The position numbers and the translations under genes were made by a program. A DNA stretch of 63,969 nucleotides, counting the filler, from Octopus bimaculoides (Eukaryota): assembly GCF_001194135.2 (NCBI RefSeq). It is 7 parts of 7 records of this genome, joined end to end, with 100 filler letters (N's around TTAATTAATTAA, not from the genome) between each part and the next. Parts side by side here need not be neighbours in the genome. Positions count along the whole stretch, not along the records: positions 9,589 to 38,737 come from NC_068982.1; 6 more parts are not named here. One strand, 5' to 3'. Each line of letters starts with the position of its first letter. The first letter of the stretch is position 1. Shown one piece after another: positions 23,131 through 34,584 of this stretch. The notes below the pieces were generated by a model. That model was not told the origin of the DNA. It did no database searches and saw only the letters and a program-made list of their open reading frames with translations.

Positions 23131-24529
23131 NNNNNNNNNNNNNNNNNNNNNNNNNNNNNNNNNNNNNNNNNNNNNNNNNNNNNNNNNNNNNNNNNNNNNN
23201 NNNNNNNNNNCTTCTCATCCTCACAACAAAGCTTACAGGCTGTCAGCCATCCCTAGATGTCACACAATCGCAACCGGTTGAAACTGGATTTCAACTTAAA
23301 ACTGATTTTGTACTTAAGTGAACGAATACCCTCCTCCTCCTCCACCCTCTCACTTCTGTTGTGATTGATCATGATTGAAAATGGAAATCTTATCCTCCAT
23401 ATTGATTTTTCGTTAGGTGAAAGTCTGATTGGTGCGAGTTACAGCTGGGGTTTTTTTTTTTTTCACATTCTTAGTTTAAAAGTCATCAAGAAACAACTTT
23501 GCTTTCCATTCTTCCAGAATCATCATCATCATCATCATCGTCGTCGTCACATGGACCCTAATTGAGAACCACTGTCCTATACAAAACAGAAAGAGATACA
23601 CAAGAAGATTTCAAGTTTCCCCCTAATGGCTTATTATTCAACCAGTGAAAGAAGACCTGCTTTTGTTAATTTTATGGGGAAAACAAAGGGAAACCCTCAT
23701 TAAGAGACGGGGGTGTTCAGAAGTATTTTACATTTGATATGGAAAAAACAATGAGAGGAATTTATACTTTACTAGCCTTGAAGCTGCCCTTTGGGTGGGG
23801 CAGCATTCACACTGGCTCTTGCAGAGGGCACCTTTGAGGCCTTTGGTCCTCTACTCTTGTGTAATGAAGCTTACTTCTGCAAATGTGCTAAGAACTGATG
23901 CTGATCATAGTTTAATCAATAAGCTTAGGAGCGAGGTAAATGCAGTAAAAAATAGGGGATGCAGTGGGGCTCCATGTAAGCAGCCCTTCAGAAATTTAAC
24001 CTCCTTACAATACACCCTGGGAGTTCATGGTATGAAATTCATTGTCATTGCTCCGATTTGGTTTCCAACGCTATGTATTTAGTTTAAAATGCAGTAAAAA
24101 TAGTGGGGGGAGGGAGTCAGTGGGGCCCCGATTAGGTGGCCCTTAAAAAAATAGATCCCCTTACGACATTCCCTGGGATTAAGGGAGTTGCTGGTTTGAA
24201 TCTCATTGTCCTTGCACCAACAGTCTAGGAGGAAGTTAACAAACATAAAGATGTAATGGACAGAGAAACATTATTCAAATTTATATCAACCCATTTGTGC
24301 CCCAATTTTTTTATTTGTTTTATTACCAAAAACCATTTTTTATACAACTTTATCTGATACTAAATATATAAAAGAAATAATCATTACTATATTTAAAAGA
24401 CACTACAGTTTTGATGACTAACTAAAAGATCATCATCATTGTTTAACATCCGTTTTCCATGCTGGCATGGGATGGACGGTTTGACTGGGGTCTGGGAAGC
24501 CAGGAGGCTGCACCAGGCTCTATCTGTAT

Positions 24530-24821
24530 TTAAGTATTTAAATATAAATTCATGCTCTAAACACTAAGCTAAATAATGACAAAATTATTTTACTAAATTC
24601 TTCAGTACTTTCAAAATTAATTGAAATGAAGGTATTGTCTTTGAACAGAAATATGGTAACAAAAGGGTTAAAGTGATTTCAATTTAAACCTTCCACTAAT
24701 AATTTCATGTCTGTTTATATCTCAAACACCAATTTAAATAATTCTTTATTTTTCTCAAAAGGGATTGAAATGAAAGTATTGTCTTTGAACAGAAATATGG
24801 TAACAAAAGGGTTAAAGTGAT
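24530..24821. mobile_element. piggyBac-like MITE remnant with a duplicated right end
   Basis: gaaatatggtaacaaaagggTTAA twice; same family as 27388-27609. Confidence 0.7.
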
Positions 24822-25999
24822 CTAAATTGTAGATGAAGCAAGAACGTTTTTTAACACTAGGTCTGCTAGGTCATGGTCTGAGCTGAGACTAAACAACAAC
24901 TTATTGCTCCACACATGGAACAAGCACATGATTTCTTTACAATTGTGTTGACTGATTTCTTCACCAATTTCCATCAGAAAGAAACTTATAAAAATAAATA
25001 ACAAATACAAAAATATTAAAAACATAAATTTGATTTATTTTAAAATACATTTAGTTTAAAGTCTGTTTTATATCATCCATCATCTGGCACTTCTTTCATC
25101 ATTTATGGTATTGTTACATCGAAATATCTTGAGATATAAAAAAACAATCCACAAGTTCATATATATCATACTGAAGGTTTTCTTCATCAGAATCAACCCA
25201 TCATCCATCAAAAAAGCAACAAACCTTTTGTGCTTTTTGATAGATAAGACAGGCCATTCTGTAAATTCAACTGATTTCTGGTATGTTAGATTCCAACAGG
25301 TTCAATGAATTGATCAGCTCTGGTAGTCTTTCGTCTGCTGTCGTATTGTACCTTCAGGTGTGACGAAACCTTTGGTTCTGCTGCTCACAGAATGCAGTAA
25401 CGAAATTTGTATCATTATCATCATCATCATCATCATCTACTGATAGATACAGATGAAATAAAACGTGTGCGTATGTATATACACATATTTCACAAAGACA
25501 AAAAAAGAAAAGAAGTGTCTGATGGAGACATCATACTGCTACAAGAGAGGTGTCGCACTCCGAGTGATTTGTTGGTGGCAAACGAACATTGAATTAATTT
25601 TTCACATCGAAAGTTAGGAGGAGCGCATCAAAGAGAGATTGAAATTGAAATGGGATGTTCCATGCTTTTTGAACTTAAAACTGTTAATTTAAAATCAAAA
25701 TTGAAAACCCTTTTATTTCAATTAAAGCTAATACAAATAGTTCCAGCTTGGATGAATCTTTACTTCGAAAGATAAAAAGAAAAAACACAAAAGTCATATT
25801 TTGACATATTTTGGCAAATTACGGGGAAAAAAGAAACATAATAAAAAACAGAAAAGAAAAAAAAAATGTAAAGTTATATGAAAAATATTAATTTGACAAA
25901 ATATTGTACCTGGGAAGTGAGAAACTTGGAGAATTCTTTCACAAAACAAGAATTGAATATGTAAGGCAATGGGAAAGGATAAAAACAAAAACTGGTGTG

Positions 26000-26222
26000 T
26001 TTGTATGTGGGGTTTAAATTTTGGCACAGGGTCAGCAACCCTGGGGCAGGGGGCCAGTTGATTACATCAACCCCAGTGCTTAACTGGTACTTATTTTATC
26101 AACCTCAGAAGGATGAAAGGCAAAGTCAACCTCGGCAGAATTTGAACTCAGAAAGTAAGACAGCTGAAATGCTGCTAAGCATTTTGTCTGGCATGCTAAC
26201 ACTCCTGCCAACTTGCCGCCTT
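26000..26222 (-). mobile_element. Family A SINE
   Basis: ctggtacttattttatcaacctcagaaggatgaaaggcaaagtcaacctcggcagaatttgaactcag. Confidence 0.85.
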
Positions 26223-26239
26223 ATTTCTCTGAGAAATAT

Positions 26240-26520
26240 TGGTCAATGAAATTGCTGAATATTGTCTTGAGCCCTAGGACTCATAGGGTCAGCTACTCAG
26301 TTTCCATGGTGTATATATGTGGTCAAGATCACAACACTGCCTTTGAGTGAAAAGCCAGCCCATCAAAAGGGGACTCATTTACAGTTGAATGGTGGACTGG
26401 AATAACATGAAATGAAGTCTTTTGCTCAAGAACACAATGCATCACCCAGTCTGGAAATTGAAACCATGACCTTGCAATTGTGAGGGCAACACCCTAACCA
26501 CTAGGCCATGCACCTTCACC
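26240..26520 (-). mobile_element. SINE family D
   Basis: Reverse-complement head catggcctagtggttagggtgttgccctcac; CORE-like ttcttgagcaaaagacttcatttc. Confidence 0.75.
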
Positions 26521-26810
26521 ATTGGTTCATCACATCTGTGTATGTTTATTTGATTTGTGTCTTTTATGAGATGATGAGTCGTTGAGATGTGAAGATTGAG
26601 ATAAAAAATTGTTGTGAAACAATAATGAAATAATATCAAACAATATTGAAACAATATCAAACAACATTGAATATTGAACAATATTGAAATGGCTAAATGT
26701 TAGAATCTCTTTCTTCAGCAGTTGTTAGTTTCAAGCATTAAACAGAAACACTAAACTCTCAGAATGTTTCAGAGAGAAGCTGCCAGCAAACAAGCATCAC
26801 ATGACAAGCA

Positions 26811-26946
26811 ATGGAGGGAATGGGGACTGGTGTTGTTGGAGGTGATGGTGCTGGGAGAGTTACTGGTGTTGTTTTTACTTCCAACAAGTGCAAGAGAGGC
26901 AGAGATAAACTGCAACAAACGTGTGAACAAGTGAAGTGTCTTATAG
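26811..26946 (+). CDS. Candidate first coding exon (MEGMGTG...DKLQQTCEQVKCLI)
   Basis: gcaATGG context, open frame, ATAG|gtaact donor; partly low-complexity. Confidence 0.22.
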
Positions 26947-27039
26947 GTAACTAGCATTGGTATTGATTGATGAGACTGTCAAATGTTGTTATACACTGCT
27001 GGCCACAATGCACTTTGCATTGTTTTACGCTTTTGAATG

Positions 27040-27250
27040 ACGCCACCCCACCAGGTGGGGTGAGCAGGTCAACATTCCTGCTGCTTGGAATAACAGTCCT
27101 TTGCAAAGTTACGCGTTTACAGCAAGTGGATTGGAGCAATGTGAAGTGAAGTGTTCTGCTCAAGAAGACAACATGCAGCTGGTCTGAGAGTCAAAAGAAC
27201 AATATCACAATCACGAGAGCAACACTCCTGACCATTAGACCACGTGCCTT
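27040..27250 (-). mobile_element. SINE family D, degraded
   Basis: gtggattggagcaatgtgaagtgaagtgttctgctcaagaagac...gaccattagaccacgtgcc. Confidence 0.65.
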
Positions 27251-27387
27251 TACCTTAAAAGTAATCATATGACAAAACAAAGCAAAAACAAAGAGTAAGC
27301 TTTAAAAAAGATGAATGCGATGAAACATAGATCTTCCTTGTTGAAAGATTAATGAGAATTGTCTTTAAAAAAAATGATGGATCTTAA

Positions 27388-27609
27388 CCCTTTTGTTACT
27401 AACCTGGCTGAAACCAGTTCTGGCTCTGTAGTACAAATGTCTTGTTTTCATAAGTTCTGAATTAAAATTTTCCATCAAACCTTAGTCACAATTTATGTTC
27501 TTAACACCAGCTGAAAGATAACTAAGTTATTTTACTAAATTCTTTGTTGTATTTAAAATTAATTGAAAGAAACATAGAGCATCTCAACAGAAATATAGTA
27601 ACGAAAGGG
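27388..27609. mobile_element. piggyBac-like MITE
   Basis: TTAA-cccttttgttac ... gtaacgaaaggg-TTTA termini. Confidence 0.85.
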
Positions 27610-27718
27610 TTTAAAAGACGAATGTGATAAAACATAGATCTTCCTTGTTGAAAGATTAATGAGAATTATCTTAAAAAAATGATGGATCTTAATCTGTTGA
27701 TGTGTATCTTGAGCACAG

Positions 27719-27770
27719 AGCAAGGAAACATTTTGGAGAGGGCAAGGGTCAAACAAATTTGGTTGCAAAG
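27719..27770 (+). CDS. Candidate exon (EQGNILERARVKQIWLQ)
   Basis: cacag acceptor, CAAAG|gtattt donor, phase-compatible with 26811-26946. Confidence 0.25.
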
Positions 27771-27939
27771 GTATTTTTAGCCTGGTGATTGTTTTTTTTT
27801 ACATTTTCAAATTCATTCTTTTGGCTGTAGATTAATTAACACACGTGAGTAATTAGGCTAGCGTGTTGCACATATTATGGAGAGACTTAAAAGAGTGAAG
27901 CAGGGAGAAACTTAACAAGAGCACTGGCAAGTACCATGT

Positions 27940-28182
27940 TTAATCCATCAGCATTTAAACAGGTTACATTTGACCCAAATATTCTATTTTATGTTCAGAT
28001 TGGTCATATCTGGCCTCTCACACCTACCCTACAATGTCATTCAAAAATAAACAATCATATTATTGGCATCTCAAAACTGAGATGATTCAGGATTAATTCA
28101 AAACAATGTAAATAATTAAGCATTACTGTTGCTAGATAAATCTGAATGCCAAAGGATTAATGGTATATAAGACATTTTTTCC
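27940..28182. mobile_element. Second TTAA-flanked (piggyBac-like) MITE family
   Basis: ttaatccatcagcattt ... tctgaatgccaaaggattaa; homologous to 63296-63565. Confidence 0.65.
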
Positions 28183-28415
28183 TAAAAAATAAATATCTCT
28201 AAGAAATCAACCTGGATCCAATATGCAAAGTTGGGCCTCCTGCAAGTGTTACAGCATTAAAAACTTTTGTTTTTTCCTGAATATGTGCTATTAAAGTTGG
28301 GGTGCAACTAACAGGCCTGTGTTTTTTAATGCCATTAAATACAATCAGCTTTCCATTGCAAACTGCTATTTCAAACAACTCTATCTGTTCTTAACATCTG
28401 AAGCATTCGTTTGTG

Positions 28416-28771
28416 CAGTAGAACTTCGCAGTACAAGCCAAGATTCGTGCAAATTTTTGTCTTGAAGTACAAACGGAAATCTGCAGTACGAGCACACAAA
28501 TCGTCCCATCTTTAAGGTAATTCAGTTAATAAAACCAGTTTATATATTTCTTTTGCATTCTCTTTTTTAATAATTGTCATTTTACTTGTAACTATACCTT
28601 TTCTGTTTTTAAAACCCCTAAAAAGTTATTTTTGAGTGGCTTTGGTAGGCTGGAATGGATTAATTATATTTTAGTTAATTTCAATGGGGAAAACTGATTT
28701 GTAAAACGAGTAAATCATAAGACGAGCTCAGTCATGGAATGAATTGAACTCGTACTGCTGAGGTATCACTG
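28416..28771. mobile_element. Tigger/pogo-like MITE remnant
   Basis: Degenerate TIRs cagtagaacttcgcagtacaag / ctcgtactgctgaggtatcactg followed by TA. Confidence 0.55.
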
Positions 28772-29499
28772 TATTTTGGAATTTTTTTCATGTTACTCTC
28801 CTGCAAAAAGTGAGTTACAGCTAATTACTTTTTTACCAAAATATATAATTAAAAATCTCTGTGAATATTGGGTTTAAAGCTATGGCACACNNNNNNNNNN
28901 NNNNNNNNNNNNNNNNNNNNNNNNNNNNNNNNNNNNNNNNNNNNNNNNNNNNNNNNNNNNNNNNNNNNNNNNNNNNNNNNNNNNNNNNNNNNNNNNNNNN
29001 NNNNNNNNNNNNNNNNNNNNNNNNNNNNNNNNNNNNNNNNNNNNNNNNNNNNNNNNNNNNNNNNNNNNNNNNNNNNNNNNNNNNNNNNNNNNNNNNNNNN
29101 NNNNNNNNNNNNNNNNNNNNNNNNNNNNNNNNNNNNNNNNNNNNNNNNNNNNNNNNNNNNNNNNNNNNNNNNNNNNNNNNNNNNNNNNNNNNNNNNNNNN
29201 NNNNNNNNNNNNNNNNNNNNNNNNNNNNNNNNNNNNNNNNNNNNNNNNNNNNNNNNNNNNNNNNNNNNNNNNNNNNNNNNNNNNNNNNNNNNNNNNNNNN
29301 NNNNNNNNNNNNNNNNNNNNNNNNNGTAAATATCAGTAATTAGAAGTAATTAGCTGCTGCCATTCTTGAACACCAAATTAAGAACATTGCAGAATGTCAA
29401 GAACTTCCAAATTCAAGTGGAATAGTTCAGCTATAATCCTTAATGCTACAAAAAAGTAACATTGAGTATATTTTAGGTGAAAATTTGATGGCAACATCT

Positions 29500-29885
29500 G
29501 AGGCTGTGTGGTAAGAAGCTTGCTTCCCAACCACATGATTCCAGGTTCAGTCCCACTGCATGGCACCTTGGGCAAGTGTCTTTTGCTATAGCTTTGGGCT
29601 GACCAAAGCCTTGTGAATGGATTTGGTAGACGGAAACTGAAAGAAACCAATTGTATATATGTGTGTGTGTGTTTGTGTGTCTATGTTTTTCCCCCACCAC
29701 CACCACTTAACAGCCAGTGCTGGTTTGCTTATGTCCCCGTAACTTAGCAGTTCAGCAAAAGATACCAACAGAATAAGTACCAGGTTTGAAAAAAAAATTC
29801 TTTTTTTAAAAGTACTGGGATCGATTCATTTGATTAAAAATTCTTCAAGTTTAATGAGTGAAACAAGTAAAAGCTAAAAGATTAA
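29500..29885 (+). mobile_element. Near full-length SINE family B
   Basis: ggctgtgtggtaagaagcttgcttcccaaccacatg, ggttcagtccc B-box, caccttgggcaagtgtc CORE-like, tail gaaacaagtaaaag. Confidence 0.9.
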
Positions 29886-30097
29886 CGAACCTCCAAACTG
29901 AAAATCCCTGCATCTGCCTCAATCCTCATCTCTAATCATGTCACACTTCTTTTTCACACTCTACTACACTTCCCTACCAACCCACCTTTTCTGATCCTTT
30001 ATCTCTATTTTTCTCTCTCTAATATTCACCTTCTACCTTGACCTCACATCCCTCTCTCTCTCTCTCTCTCTCTCGCTTTCCAGATGGGTAAACCATA

Positions 30098-30397
30098 TTA
30101 TATCCAGTTCTATATTTTTGAGATGAGGAATTATGTACATTATTTACAACAGATGGACAGGTGTCCTCATCTTGTTTGTTGTTACCACAACATTTCATCA
30201 GGTGTAATCTCCAGCCTTCATCAGGTGTCCTGGTGGAATTTCAAACCTAACCCTTTATTTGACTTATGGGGTACTCTCTTCTCATTCCTAAGGTATCTTT
30301 TACTGATGTTATTATTATCATTATTCATTCAAGTCACTGCCTGGGATTGAACCCAGAATATTGGGGTTAGTAGCCCATGCTCTTAACCACTATGCTA
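30098..30397 (-). mobile_element. tRNA-headed SINE-like element with a hammerhead-like tail (degenerate ribozyme copy)
   Basis: A box TAGCATAGTGG (30387-30397), B box GGTTCAATCCC (30343-30353); tail cacCTGATGAaggctgg...GAAAtgttgtg. Confidence 0.75.
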
Positions 30398-30553
30398 TAA
30401 CAGCAAAAAATAACTTAAGAATGAGAAGAGAGTACCCCATTAGTGAAATTCCACCAGAACACCTGATGAAGGCTGGGGAGTACATCAGACGAAACGTTGT
30501 GGTAACAATAAAGGTGAGGACATCTGTCCGTCCAATGTAAATAATGTACATAT
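30398..30553 (+). mobile_element. Headless inverted copy of the same element
   Basis: aatgagaagagagtacccca...acacctgatgaaggctgg...gtaaataatgtacata is the reverse complement of about 30140-30300. Confidence 0.8.
30458..30503 (+). ncRNA. Putative minimal type-I hammerhead ribozyme
   Basis: cac-CUGAUGA-a-GGCUG(loop)CAGAC-GAAAC-GUU-gug: conserved core, stem II 4 of 5 pairs, palindromic ACGU stem III, 3-bp stem I. Confidence 0.55.
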
Positions 30554-30639
30554 CATATTCACTTCTTCAGCAAGACACATGACCCTACTCCTCCATCATA
30601 CCTTCATATCCTGCAATATTATACCCTGCTCAGTTAAGG

Positions 30640-30860
30640 GGTCCTGCCTTGCAAGTTACTCGATGACCTTGCTGCCACTGGTGCCACAAAAACAGCAACC
30701 AGTACACTGTTTTGGTTGACATTAAAAAGGGCATCTGGCCCCAGAAACTATACCAAAACAGACATTGGAACTTGGTGCAGTCTTCTGCCTAACCAGTTCC
30801 AGTCAAACTGTCCAACCCATGCCAGCATGGAAAAAGGATGCCAAATAATGATGATGATAT
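30640..30860 (+). mobile_element. V-domain-like element (family C related), old copy
   Basis: aaaagggcatctggccccagaaac...tccaacccatgccagcatggaaaaaggatgccaaataatgatgatg. Confidence 0.7.
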
Positions 30861-31260
30861 ATAAATTAATACAAACAGATCAACCATAACACATAATATA
30901 TATAGACTAATCGTCATCTCCATTATCAAATTGCAATTTGAATGCTGTTTGCTCTGAAACTATATGCTAATAAATCTCTCGTTATCATTTTTAATGATAT
31001 AATTGGGAAAATAGCTTGTTTCTACTGCAAGGAGTATAACTTTTTAAATTAAAGTTTCAGAACAGGTCTCGGTTTTCACATTTTAGTATCTTGTGTACAT
31101 TTTTATTTAACATGAAGAACTGAATAAACTAATTTAAAATAGTTTCCCCCAATTCACTGCATTGTTCTGGGGATTAGATACACTTCAGTATCTTATATAG
31201 TCTATTGTATTGTACATAGTATATCATATTACTATAATATACTATGTATTATTATATATA

Positions 31261-31790
31261 CAGGGTGTTCAAAAAATCTCTCCGCAGTGAATCTTTTAAA
31301 GACAACAACACTGAGAGATATTGCTCAAAATATTGTCTCTCTCCATTTCTAGGCCAACTCACTGAAAGTGAGATTAATAATGCATACTTTCAGCAAGATG
31401 GAGCTACAGCATATACTTTGCGCATCACCAAGAGTTTTTGGTGAATGGATTATTTCGAAGGGACTTTGGTCACCAAGATCACCTGAATTAACACCACTAG
31501 ACTATTTTTCCTGGGGAGCAAGTAAAGGATCAGTGTACAAGAATCGCTCGAAAACCATTAATGAGCTAAAAGACGCAATCATAACCTTCACACGGTCCAT
31601 ACTGCATCAAACTCTCCAAAATGTATTTCAAAACCTGTGTAGAAGAGTCAACTAATGTATTGAAAGCGAAGGACGATACTTTCAACACCTCTTATAAAGT
31701 CTTGTAAAGTCTAATATATTCTTTTGTAGTCTTATAAATATTTATTTTATAATAAAATACTCACTGCGGAGAGACTTTTTGAACATCCTG
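31261..31790 (+). mobile_element. Internally deleted Tc1/mariner-superfamily element
   Basis: TIR cagggtgttcaaaaa(g)tctctccgcagtga at both ends, TA flanks; YFQQDGATA, WSPRSPELTPLDYFSWG, CIESEGRYFQHLL-stop. Confidence 0.92.
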
Positions 31791-31802
31791 TATAGCTGCA
31801 CA

Positions 31803-32042
31803 TAGGGTGTTCAAAAAGTCTCCCCACAGTGATTTTTTTTCTTTCCAAGATATATTTCAAAACCTGTGTAGAAGAGTCAGCTTGCGTATTGAAAATGAAG
31901 GATGACACTTTCAATACCTCCTATAAAAAGTTTTTTAAAGTCTTGTAAAATCTAATATATTCTTTTGTAGTCTTATACCATCTTCTAGATATTTATTTTG
32001 CAATAAAAACACTTACCACGGAGAGACTTTTTGAACACCCTG
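31803..32042 (+). mobile_element. Shorter derivative of the same element, in tandem
   Basis: Same TIRs; retains only the 3' end (tatttcaaaacctgtgtagaagagtca...tttcaatacctc). Confidence 0.88.
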
Positions 32043-32074
32043 TACTATAGAATTTGTATAATCTATTGTAATGC

Positions 32075-32280
32075 TTTTTATATGCTGTTACGTGGCACCA
32101 GCACGTAAAAAGCACTGGTGCTTGTGCCACATAAATTACACTCAGTACACTCTGTAAAGTGCTTAGCATCAAGCTGTAGAAACCTTGCCAAAACAGACAA
32201 TGGCGCTTGGTGCAGCTCCTGTCAAACCATCCAACCCATGCCAGCATGGAAAATGGACGTTAAATGATAACAACGATGAT
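32075..32280 (+). mobile_element. V-domain-like element (family C related)
   Basis: ggcaccagcacgtaaaaagcac...ccatccaacccatgccagcatggaaaatggacgttaaatgat. Confidence 0.75.
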
Positions 32281-34540
32281 ATTATTATATACTATAGCAT
32301 ATTGTGTTGTATGTAGTATAGGAAAGTCTACTTCTAATTCTTGGTTATTCTATTAAAGAAGGCAATTTTCATCAAACCAAAAAGATTCATAATAAAAGAA
32401 GTTTTAGTATCAATTGTTGTATATAAATATTGTTATGTGACTACAAGTATTGATCTTTCATCAATATAATTAATTGATGTTCCAATAGACTAAATGGTTC
32501 CTGTGATATTGGTAAGGTCACCTATTTTAGTGGCCAAGTATTTAATTAAAAATCCAAGACAATAATGGAATAAGGAATTTGCGTTGACAATAGCAGATAC
32601 TATTATCTAAAAGTATTACACAAAATAAATATCAGATAGCTTATATTTTGTATGATATATGAGATGACCAAAGGTCCATGATGGCTTATATATAAGCATG
32701 GCCAGTACCTCGATAGGTCAATGTAAATATAACAGAAGTTTCCCCAAATACATTGAAATGAAAATGTCAAAAATAGCCAAGGTTTGACACAGAAAATCCA
32801 CATTGAGTGAAACTGGATAATGAGTGCTGGTAAAACTTGATGACAACAAATTCATTAGATCTTAATTAACCACAACAAGTATTTTATTGTTTCTGGACAA
32901 TCATGAGGATTTTGGTAGAAACCTTTCGTAGTAGCAAAAGACAGCAAAAAATTTTGATTGGTAATTTTACAAAACAGATAGTTTGTCAGTGTTCAAAAAC
33001 TGATTTTAAACACAAACTTACTAGCAATGCCATCTTTCTTATGATATTAAAATTACAATAATCTGTGGTAAAAAAATGTAGCTTTGTGCTTTATTTACAA
33101 ACTTATTTACATGAAGAAGTCTTCATAAACACCAAACAACAGCTGAGCTACACTGTAACCAACGAAGGAACAGATTTACAAACAAAATCAGGATTCTTGC
33201 CATCCACAGCCATTTAAAAAATGAATCCTTTAAGAAAACAAAAGTTACCATTGCAGAATAGTAAAAGAGTTCTATATTTGGATTGTTAGAAATTTGTCTA
33301 AGAGATTCTACTTAACATTCTTCAAAACTTCATCTCTTGTTAATCAACATCGACTTTAGGACGGAGAAGAAATAGCAAAATTTTCACAAGGAATTATGCA
33401 GTTTTTTTTTGTTCTTTTTTTGTTTTTTGGTAAACTATCTTTAGTTGATTCTTCTTTCATAGAAGTGAATCAAAAAAGAATTTAACATTTTTAGAGAATC
33501 AATTCTTGAAAAATTTATAAGAATATATCAGAGAGAGATGTAAGAAACAATAAGACAACAGTTTTAGACAGAATTCTCTTGGTAATTCAAGATTAAAAAA
33601 AAAAAACTGAATTTAACATAAATAACAATTTTCGATAATTAATTCAACAACTCCAGTAAAAGATAACAGCACAAGCACCATTTAAAGAAAATGGTAGCGA
33701 TAAAAATCTTGTAAAATGAGTGCACGTGATGCACATAGATGCAAATGGTGAAACTGGAATGAAAAGATCATTGAGTGCAAGCTTAGCAAGCTTTAAAATG
33801 TTCTGGGACAGAAAAAGAAATGGTGAATGCAGAAAAAAAAAAAAAAAAGTTTTAGGTAACCAGTTTGATGTGGTTTGATGTGGTGAGATGTAGTGTGGGA
33901 GTGTGTTGAAACCCCATTCTTGCTTTCTGTGGAATACCAACGCTTCTCAGTGGATGTGAAGCAGAGTTAGAACTCTCTGTGTGTGTGTGTGTGTGCATGC
34001 ATGTAAAAGTGTGCAGATGCATTTGGAATTTGTTGGTTGAAATCTTCAGAAAGACAGAGAACAAACAACATGTCCGTGTTGACGAAAGACAGGGTGGGAG
34101 ACTGAATAAGAGGCAAAATGAATGTCTTCCAGCAGCCAGCAACTGATGGAGAAATCTTTTATTTCAGAAATAGTCTGTGTTGCTTTTTTAGATATCAAAA
34201 TGGCCACAAGTAAGGTGGGGGGGGGGAAGAGAGGCAAGGGAATATTTGAAGACTGGAATCACAGTTTGTTAATCATTGAAGAGAAGGAAAAAAAAAAAAA
34301 AATTCAGAATTGCTGTCCTTTCTGCTAAAAGCTGTAAAAAGGACAGAAAAATCAAATTCTAAAGCCATCAGATAGATTTACAATTGACAAGTCGACAATC
34401 TCTCTCTATGTCGACATAACCCTGAAGATGGAGCCAGAAGCTGACAGTATTTGTCGTACATCATTTGTAGAAGTGTATACACATATATATGTATATTATA
34501 CATACACATGTATATATTTATATATATATATATGTGTGTG

Positions 34541-34584
<44 letters not shown>

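Noticed and set aside
30333-30397. Functional tRNA gene
   Set aside because: No acceptor-stem pairing evident, and it continues into an (AAT)n spacer and SINE body; a tRNA-derived head
34421-34450. CTGAAGA hammerhead-like half core (also CTGATGA near 8930 and 40350)
   Set aside because: No paired stem II followed by GAAA at a proper distance
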